A DNA stretch of 60,477 nt, filler included, from Sphacelaria rigidula (taxonomy: Eukaryota), in the NCBI GenBank assembly GCA_964200075.2. It is 8 parts of 8 records of this genome, joined end to end, with 100 filler letters (N's around TTAATTAATTAA, not from the genome) between each part and the next. Parts side by side here need not be neighbours in the genome. Positions count along the whole stretch, not along the records: positions 45,436 to 52,906 come from CAXNAA020014773.1; positions 53,007 to 60,477 come from CAXNAA020014774.1; 6 more parts are not named here. One strand, written 5' to 3'. The notes below the pieces were generated by a model. It had not been told where the DNA came from, searched no databases, and worked only from the letters and a program-made list of their open reading frames with translations. Made by a program: the position numbers and the translations under genes. This document shows positions 51,853 through 60,477 of the stretch, piece by piece (position 1 is the first letter of the stretch; each line of letters begins with the position of its first letter).

Positions 51853-52564
51853 TCATTTACTTTTTCGTCGTTTTTTGGCGTGCACTTTTTCTTTCCCAGT
51901 TGCTGCGTTGGTCTTTTTGCCACGTCGAGCACCACCAATGCCACTGGCAGCAGAAAGCTTAGCCTCCCTCTGACGGCTATTGCGGTCTTTGATCTTACTT
52001 TCTCGTTCATCGAAGCCCTGTGGTTTGAATTTATTGGGAGCAAAACGAAACGGAAAAAAATGGAATCGTAACCAGCCCTCATTGCTCTGACCCTCTGGAG
52101 GATTGATTCAACTGGGGCATAGAGGGCGGCAGAAAATACGCGACGTTGAACAGTGCACACAAGGGGAGGGACACAAGCACCACAAGATACAGCAACGGTA
52201 ACAACATAGACCCACCCGCGCAGAAATGCGCATCACCCTGTTACAAGTGTTGGCAATTTCCTGTGTCATTTGAACGTCTTCCACTCATCATCGTGTACTT
52301 TGTACCTGACATTTTTCATGCGACCACGTGTAAACACGACAAATAACAGGACCACGATAACAAACACACAAACGAACGCTGGAGCACCATCTAACGGCGT
52401 GTGTCTACCAACCGTACCTGTTCCATAAGCCTCATCTTGGCCACTCTGGACGCTTTGGCCACCGGGTTGAGCAGCTTCAGCACATGGTCTTCTTGCACAT
52501 CTGGACAGAGTGCCAGGGTGGTTCCCGTGTATTTCTCGATGTTGTGGACCAGTTCAATGTCGTA
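51853..52564 (-). CDS. DDX49: DEAD-box RNA helicase DDX49/Dbp8, last two exons
   Basis: Exon 52564-52418 YDIELVHNIEKYTGTTLALCPDVQEDHVLKLLNPVAKASRVAKMRLMEQ plus exon 52017-51853 GFDERESKIKDRN...KKRRKSK* resemble the DDX49/Dbp8 C-terminus (QYDI.LVH.IE...VL..L..V....R...L....FDE) with a basic tail. Confidence 0.8.
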
Positions 52565-52906
52565 CTGTGGGTCGGGTGCACGTTCAAACACGCCAGGCAG
52601 CGGCCAGCGTGAGGTTCGTAACGATGTTCGCGAGCGACAGGATTGGATTTTACAGAAGGTACACGAAAAAAAAGTCGAGGAAAGTCACCCGTAGGCAACA
52701 TAACAAAAAAACACCATTCGCCAATCAGCCATTATACGACGCTGTTGAACGTTCACCCGTATTTCTAAGGAATAACTGTTCCCCAGCATTACTCTCAGTG
52801 TCGCAACGCGTGGGTGGGGGCGGGGGGGCGGGGGGGGGGGCGGGGGGGGGGACATATGACCAAGCATGCCGGAGTCGTCAGACCTTTGACCTCCCATCCC
52901 TACAAA

Positions 52907-53006
52907 NNNNNNNNNNNNNNNNNNNNNNNNNNNNNNNNNNNNNNNNNNNNTTAATTAATTAANNNNNNNNNNNNNNNNNNNNNNNNNNNNNNNNNNNNNN
53001 NNNNNN
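52907..53006. other. Artificial contig spacer
   Basis: N44-TTAATTAATTAA-N44. Confidence 0.97.
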
Positions 53007-53770
53007 TGGCGACGAATTTTAGTGTAGAGAACCACAAAAGAGTGCCGAATAAAAAAAAAATAGGCCTTCATTTTTTCATAGAGGTTAGGGAGTTCTCGTG
53101 AAGAAATGGTCTATACCATACTGTAGTAGAACGTCCTAAACCAGTGAAGAAATTGAAAAAAGTCAACCTGACCCACCTTTTTTGTTAATTATGCCTTGAA
53201 AAACGCCCACACAAAATTTCAATACACGAAAACCAAACGTGGGCCGGTAAGTGGCCTGCAAAATACTGTTCCGAATTTCTACCGACCCGGTTTTTGATGG
53301 GCTCATGCTCTTTTATACATTTAGAGTTGGACCCTGAAATTTGGTATGGACAATGAATAGGGCATGAAAACAATTTACTTCGGTACCTTTTTTTTTCATG
53401 AGTTAGGGGCAATAATCAGTTTTCAGGTATCAGTAAAATGCCTTCAAGTCATGAAAAGAAAAACTGTTCGTACCGAGGTAATTTTTTTTTATACCCTATG
53501 CATTGTCCATACCAAATTTCAGGGTCAAACTCTGAATGTAAAAAAGAGAATGGGCCTGCAAACTTCAAATCCGCCTCTAGGCTGGCCCAGCTCGCATGGA
53601 AGAAACGCAATGAGCGCTCAAGTGTTGAGGTGTCTCCGCTAAATAGGAGTAGGAGCGGCGCTCCGTTTCGAAAGGCATTGATGGTCTATGGTCAAATGAC
53701 TGTGGCAAGAAATAAACGAGTACGCCCCCCTCCTTCCCCCCCCCCCCAGCTGAAACAGCATTATCGTCAG

Positions 53771-56700
53771 AAAGCGGAGTCGACGCGAGCAGCACCAGCA
53801 CCAGCGCGTTTGTCTTCGCACCCTCGCCCTTCACCGGGGAGCGTACGCTTCGAAGGATGCAGCCGGAAGACATAGACAGCGTCGTTGCCTTGGCATTCGA
53901 GGAATACTACTCTGCCTCTTCCGACTTCCTGCAAGCTCTTTCTGTTGATGGGGGGAACACGGGCGGCGTCTTGGGGGCGATTTGTAAACGGGCAGGCGAA
54001 AATGGCTCCTTCGAACGATCAGACGTGGACCGTTTGGTGGATTGGTGAGGGGCATTCACCTTAAATACGTGAAACAAGGAAGTTCTGTGCAGGGGTTACT
54101 TGACTCCCTGTTTGTCTCGGGGTAGGTGCTGCGTTAAGTAACGTCGGGTATGCATATTTGAATTAACGCCAAAATACACGGCAAGAAGGTAACGTCTGAC
54201 TCCTCCATTATTGCAACTTTTCGCTTGTTCCGAGGATCGAGTCATGCCACGCTAGTGCTTGCACATCTGGGGCTCAGATATTTTTCCTCGAGGAGGTCCT
54301 GAAGTTAGGACATACATACGTACATATACATACATACATGGTACAATACACGCGTACGTACATACATACATATACATACATACTTGATACATTGATACAT
54401 TTATACCGTGTATTTTCTGTTGTCCATGGCCGGTAGATCATGTTGACTGCTAACACATTTGTTTTAGAGTATTTCCCAGAAGAGGTCCATCTAGGGTCCG
54501 TATACGATACGCGACGCCCAGGGGGCTATTTATATGTAACTGTTCGGTCGCCAAGGTAGGTCACCCATTGAAATCGGTATCGTCGAATTCGGCATCGTTT
54601 TCACTTGAACAATGAATCATCGACCCAGGTGGCCTACCCTGTCGGTGAACGGGCTAAGGTTTTAAAAGACACCAAACTGAAGGGCGTTGTTGTTTCTCTC
54701 GTCTCGAGTGCGGTGCTTGCTATTGTGCTGTCATCCCATCTATTCTGGACACCGACCGGTATATGTGGATGTACCAGCCGGGGTCATACAGGAGGGAGGT
54801 CAACACAGGAGCTTTTTTTTAATTATTGTTTTGTTTTGATACTCCACCTTCCTTCTGCGGTGCTTGACTTTTAATTTTATCGCAAGAGGGATTCAGCAAT
54901 CCCTTTCCCTCGTCGACCATGAAGTCGAATTTTGTCTACCCACGACACAGTCGCTCTCCACTTTTGGGCATGAGAAAAAAACCCAGATCGCTCCGAGATT
55001 CGAACCCACCACCCAACCGTCAGAAGGTGTCGAGGTTACAAGTTGAGCCGCCGGGGCGACCGGCTTTTTGTGGGCACAGTAATACTACACAAGTGCACGC
55101 CTATTGTGCCAACTATTTTAATACGCCAGGAACAAGACTAGTATACTACTTCATGTCATGTCGTTTGCACTTTGCCGCACAGTCCTGGTTGTGCAGGGGG
55201 TGGTGCGAACGCCGTGATGTCGATGGTTGAAGTCTTCACTGTCCACCATGCATATCGTGGCTCTCTTCGCGTGGCGAGTGGGAGCGTTGGGACTCTATCT
55301 CCCATGAGTGCGGATGGTCGCCTGCGGCATCGGATATTATGATATTATGGGAGCACCATCATTTCTTATCGTTGTATCGCGTTTGTATTTACAAATTGTT
55401 TCGGCCCTGCTCAAGTTTATCTCTCTTTTTGCAGTTGTATAGCGTTCTGTCTTTACTTCTCTTTACCCCCTCTTCAGTTTTCTTTGATTTCCATATTCCT
55501 CATTTTGGGTAGTTAGCCTGTGACCACGGAAGGCGGCCGCATCAGATGCTTCACTACAGAAGTGAGAACTATTGTGCAGATGCCAGAACAGCTTTTTGAT
55601 ATGAAGGCAACAACAACAACAATAACAGTCGTCTGTTGTGTCATCCCAGGCTGGAAATGGTGTGGCTGCGAACGATGATCCGGTGGGGATTTGGCATGCG
55701 AATATTGATTGGAGAAACTGGACAAGATCACAGGTACGTTTTTGTTGTTCTATTTTCCACTGTTTCCTTGTACAGGTGGCAGACGGTCAGCTTATGAGTC
55801 AGTGCAGCGACCCCGTTTTTGTTTCATGAGTTTTCTTACTGTAGTTAATTTGTTCTTCGAGTTATATTGCAAGGGGCGGACGAATTGATGATTCGTCTGG
55901 AAGTTACTTGATTTTAGTGCCATTGATTCGCACCGTACGAATCAATCCTTCGGCTTTGTTTTTAGCGTTGCAACCCAGGTACGTGCAGCCCAGGCACGTG
56001 GTATGGCGGCAAACGTTGCGTGGAATCCTTTTCGACCAGCAGTCGACTCTTGTTTCTCTTTCGAGTGATCAGGCCTGAAAAATCGTGGATTTGGTGATTC
56101 GAACCGGCGATGATTCGTCCGAACCATTTCATATATCGTAACCATTGTACTCTTGTACTGTTCTGAACAGCATTTCTACTACCATTAAGTAGTACAACCC
56201 TGAGCCAAACCCTAACCCAGAGATCCAGCCGTGGTCACATGAAGTACACGTACCCGAGAAGAAAGAAATTGAGTTGGACTAGAGTGTAAGGCGTGTACGG
56301 GGGGAGATACCGATACAAGAAAAAGATGGGTCGCTATTTTTTGAGACCACGGGGTCGTCGTCCCGAGGAAGGGAAGACGCTACAAGTGAGACGATGACAA
56401 AAGAAGGAAAAAATATATCCTCATCAAGGAATCAAAAGCGGTAGGAACCATAAGGTGTAGGGATATCGTTCCAAGGCCCGGTGGATCCGTTCAGCGCTCG
56501 CAGGTGGATGGACAGCTGAGTGTAGTCTGACGGGTCATTCATTCAAGTGGGTCATGATGTAGGTTCAGCAGATAGGTAGACAAACCTAACTACCATGGGC
56601 GGTCGAAGATATATCTATATATTTTCCTTCGGCATAGCTTCACCCCGCTTATTCGGAACGAGTCGGTGGTCTCAAGGAACCAACCCAGTCCCATCTCTCC

Positions 56701-58746
56701 CTCAGAACACGCCTTGCGTTTAGGGGTCCGGGATTGGGTAATGACCATCAGCACTCACGCCCGCACCGCATGGACTCTCGCCAAATGAGCCATTTTGCTC
56801 TCATATGTCCTCACGTATTTCCTCACGTATGCCCTCACGTCTCCAATGACCGAACCTAGAAGCCAGACGCTTTTCAGGGGAAACCTCGATGACTGCATGT
56901 GATCGGAAGCGAACCCGTATTTTTTTCGACGTAATGGTGTCCCTTGTAGCATTATTGGAGACCATCGCGGCACGACGGCCACGACGACGAGGATACGAGG
57001 ACCCTCTGTTGGCCTTCTCCAACCCTAGTAAGAGTAAAGGAAGTTGAAACTGCCTGGCATCATTGGAGCACCATTTGATCTCCACCTGTCGTAGAATACT
57101 TCGTCCGTACCTGCCCGGATGAACCCGGCCGGTCGGGACTAGTGTGTGTGTGCCTTCCGTGATCCCTCCTTCGGACTTTGGAGTCGGTCCTGGTTCCTTC
57201 ACGAGTGTGGATCGTTTCGTGTTCATCATGTCTAGTGTTCCCACGTGTAGCTCTGTCGGTCCTCTCCTCCTTTCTCGTGTATTTGTCCGACTTTTTTGTC
57301 CAAATTCAAATTCACTTCGGCATCGTGTTCCCGTTCCATCTGCCTTGGGTACGTGCATCTCGCTCCCCACTCTCCAAATTGTTCAGAGATCGGACCTGTC
57401 AAGATTCAACCAATCCAACCAAAATCCAATACCCACCTCACCCACAGATACATACTCAACAATCGATCAATTCACGAGTATTCTACTCACTTTCTGACGA
57501 ATCAAACATCGAAAAAATAGTATAGTAGGGTAAGGTAATAGCAGCGGAACAATGCCCACTCCTGCCTACATTCCACGTCAACAGATGATTCGTCATGGCC
57601 GGATTGATCGGCTAAGGATTTAGGTCTGTGTGGGGGGTATTGAGGCTGTCGCGGTTTGATCCGATTGGTGACGGGTCGGATGATGTGCGACAGTCAATCG
57701 ATCGATCGATTTCGGCAAAATTCGGGAACTATGAGGACGGATGAAACGTCCGCCGATGACCGATTACCCTTCAGAGATCGGGGCCGTATTGAAGGTAGCT
57801 TTGGTCGCTCTCAGAGCCCCAGCAACTGCTGCAAAGAATAACAGAATAAGTCGACGAAAAAAACGAATGAATGATATCGAGACAGCAAGCGAACGTTTTG
57901 GACTGTACGAGCTGGGCCAGCAGTAAATCCCGCATCCGCTTTCCACACCACAACTTCTGTTCATGTTGCTTTGTGGGGAAGGGGTAGGGTATGGGGAGAG
58001 CAGCGCCATGCTAGGGAGCTCGGTTTGTTCGTTCCTCTCCGATACTATCTCACCTTAGTAAACGGTGGATACCACCACGGGTGATGAACGAGAACATGGC
58101 CTAACTCGGTACCCTCGGTATCCCGTTACCCCGATACCCCGATACTCCGATACCTCAGTATAGTGGACGTGCCACTATGAGGCAATGAATAGCCGAAAAA
58201 ATACATTGCTAGGGTGTTGAGTGTAGGAGAGTGGTGTTGTCCAACGCACTACTACTGACATATGTATATTGAATTCATGAATGTACATTGAATACATGAA
58301 ATTAATGTTGATGCAGAATATAACGCGAAGGGTTAGTGACGGCCGACTCATGTACTACTGCAAGTTGAGTACCGAGTACGGCATCGTCTCATCGGCGGTG
58401 TAATCCCTTGGATTTTTACACCTTTTTACCTGTCTATCTTATGTTGTCCAGTCTTCCAGAGCAGTAGCTGATGGCGAAGAGTTTCGTGGTACAGTAGTCC
58501 AGTAGTTCTGCAAATATACTTCAATATATACGGTACAATTATACACACCTACACATAAGTACGTTTCGCGTTTTTCTCCATGCTAACGTGTTGCCATGTT
58601 GCAGGGTCTTTTGTGTGTGTGACGATGGAGCTCCGTCGCAATCGAGGGCGGCGGGAAGCAAGTTACTGGCCGTTGCTGAGGTCAGCCTTCAGACACCGAA
58701 CGGAAAGACTTCTACCCCCCTTCCGCTTCCCATATGGCTCAAGAAG
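53771..58746 (+). CDS. GNAT-family N-acetyltransferase, partial (internal exons)
   Basis: Exons 53771-54044 (TLRRMQPEDIDSVVALAFEEY, GNAT beta1-alpha1-like), 55650-55733 (WLEMVWLRTMIRWGFGMRILIGETGQDH), 58605-58746 (RVFCVCDDG...KLLAVAEVSLQ..PLPLPIWLKK, beta2-beta3-like); intron phases 2/2 are consistent. Confidence 0.65.
54310..54385. repeat. (TACA)n-rich microsatellite
   Basis: Direct reading. Confidence 0.8.
54730..55064 (-). mobile_element. tRNA-derived SINE
   Basis: Minus strand begins GCCGGTCGCCCCGGCGGCTCAACTTG (A-box-like) ... GGTTCGAATCTCGG (B-box), followed by ~260 bp of tRNA-unrelated body; lies in a GNAT intron. Confidence 0.7.
55870..56128. mobile_element. Second (inverted) copy of the 5146-5405 hAT-type MITE
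   Basis: CAAGGGGCGGACGAAT...CGTGGATTTGGTGATTCG...TGATTCGTCCGAACC; internal segments match the reverse complement of 5146-5405. Confidence 0.7.
56288..56715. mobile_element. MITE-like element with imperfect TIRs
   Basis: AAGGCGTGT..GGGAGA..GAGACCAC..TCGTCCCGA versus TCGGAACGAGTCGGTGGTCTC..TCTCCC..ACACGCCTT; a related one-ended copy at ~50919-50985. Confidence 0.5.
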
Positions 58747-60417
58747 GTGTGTACTGTACGTATCTACCGGACATGCCCATGGATTTGGGTAACGAATGAA
58801 TTCCTAGTGCAAGGGAGATAAATTTAGTCGTTCAAATCCTCGACTGCCATGGTCGTCCCGGAAAAGCATGGGCGGCTGTTAGTCCAGGAATTTTTTTATG
58901 GGAGGAGGGAAGAGTGTGTGTGTGGCCCGGGTTATTAGATTGCACTGTAGAGGAAGCTTCCGGATTTTTTCTCGGTTGGACGACACGGCCGTAGGAGGGG
59001 AAGTTACTATTTTGGTGGTGACAAGTTAAAACTATGATCGGTCACATGATCCATGATGTCCCGCAACGAATCGCTTGCTGTTGCCCACGTGGCGGTGAAG
59101 GTGGTTTCAGTCTCTTCTAGGCCTGATAAGTGGGGGCAGCGATCACTGAACCATGGAAGCAGCCCTGGGGGCACTCTTTTGCCTCCCACCTTCCTGCTGC
59201 ATGTACTGTCAAGATAACAGCCAAAACTGTCGTTGTTGCTGTTGTCTTCCGGATGACATGGTCATTTTTTTCCAATACCGTGGCTACATTCGTGGTGGTG
59301 GTAGTAATGGCATTACCAACAGTAATGTTGTGCTTCATACTTTTTTTCACGTTATAATTTCACCACGCTCCGATGGCCACACTGTTGCGTGTACTAAAAT
59401 AACAAGTAGGTTGAGGAATGATTCCGTCGATTCCAATCCCGAGAGTTGCCATCTTTTTTATCCAGAAAGCGATTCCTGTGGTTGAAACTCGGGGACGTGT
59501 GCAGCGAAAGAACGTTGATATGAAAGTGGACGGACTGCGGCAGTGCTACTAAAAAAGTCCTGTGTCGCAACAGTACAGTGTCGGATATACTACGGGGGAG
59601 AGATTGATGCATTGGTTGATTCCTCCCTCAAGACTGGGGATTCGTCCCGGAGAAGAAAACGGGGGAGGATCACCATGGCAATATCACAATATAGGTTCTT
59701 GTATCGATCACCAGTAGGTGCACCAGTAGGTGTAGACAAAAGAGAGTTTTCGGAAGATGATGAACGTAACTCAGGAATAAGCGAGAAACGGCTGGATTGT
59801 TTACGCTTAAACCCCAGGCCTAGCAGGGTAGGTGTGTGCCGTGGACAACTTTTCAGGGTTTAGTCTTTTCTGTTCCGAATGCCATGTGGTCGGTGTCACG
59901 GGTTGAAGAGGTACAAGTCGCGTCGTGCTGTTCTGCGTTTGTAATCCGCGCCCACCCATGCGGTGCTACCCGTACAGCGCGGAAGAGCATGTGCAAAGTC
60001 GTGCTACGATAGGTTGGGTGTTTGATTCCAGGAAAAAATGACTCGATTGGTGTTTCGGGCAACCTGACACACTCGCCGTGCGTCTGTATTTGGGTAAAAC
60101 GGCGTCAAGCATTATGAATGAGCGTTATTTGTCGGTTAACACGCGCGTTCCGACGATTGTTGTTTCTAAAATCGGTTCGAAGTTGAATTTTGTGGAAGTC
60201 ATGGCCCAAAATCCCCCCCCCCCCGTCCTATCATAGCGTGACTATAGTTGTTTGTGCTGTCCCCGTACCGTTGAATACGCGACAGCAGTATCGTCAACAC
60301 AGCCCCCAGGTATGAACCCGGTACAGTACACAGCGTTGGGCACACAGATAGTGCACCTCGGCGCCCGCTAGTCATTCACAAGTCGTGTACCCCTCGGTGT
60401 GTGGTACAGCACTAGTA

Positions 60418-60477
60418 AACAACAAATTGTGCGAATTGAGGTTTAACTTTGAGATAAGGTTCAAGCCTAAAACAGTG
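60418..60477 (-). repeat. Inverted copy of the repeat at positions 1-56 (reads CACTGTTTTAGGCTTG... on minus)
   Basis: Direct comparison of the two window ends. Confidence 0.9.

Noticed and set aside
7518..52962. TTAATTAATTAA recurring with ~7.57-kb periodicity as a biological repeat
   Set aside because: It is always embedded in N44 flanks and is a synthetic six-frame stop linker.
1..60477. A 60-kb giant cargo transposon or integrated virus bounded by the terminal inverted repeats
   Set aside because: The interior is eight size-sorted contigs with truncated housekeeping genes. No transposase, integrase or viral gene is visible, and contig breaks at a common repeat explain the ends.

Overview
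This is eukaryotic, intron-rich and repeat-rich DNA. Plastid bipartite presequence, TTAGGG-like repeats, short exons with long introns and a Copia gag style point to a brown alga or other ochrophyte (inference). The window is not one locus. It consists of eight fragments of 7473, 7473, 7473, 7472, 7472, 7472, 7471 and 7471 bp joined by identical 100-nt N44-TTAATTAATTAA-N44 spacers, i.e. size-sorted unplaced contigs, so nothing should be linked across spacers. Spliced gene pieces read by eye: (1) the first exon of a secreted protein; (2) 3' exons of a Cys-rich unknown protein; (3) five WD40 exons of CDC20; (4) a polyQ ARID1/LFR-like SWI/SNF subunit; (5) a CdsA-like gene head-to-head with a thylakoid-lumen PsbQ-like gene; (6) a ~30-repeat PPR gene built from two duplicated modules; (7) the 3' end of DDX49/Dbp8; (8) a GNAT acetyltransferase. 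Non-coding highlights: a ~4.1 kb nested palindrome, three long hairpins in CDC20 introns, a repeat family ending in GAGTAC-poly(C) that often abuts 3' splice sites, hAT MITEs with 8-bp TSDs, a tRNA-derived SINE and a Copia gag relic. I cannot demonstrate a new multi-gene system from this window. The best leads are the palindrome, the fused PPR gene, the poly(C)-ended repeat and the intronic hairpins.
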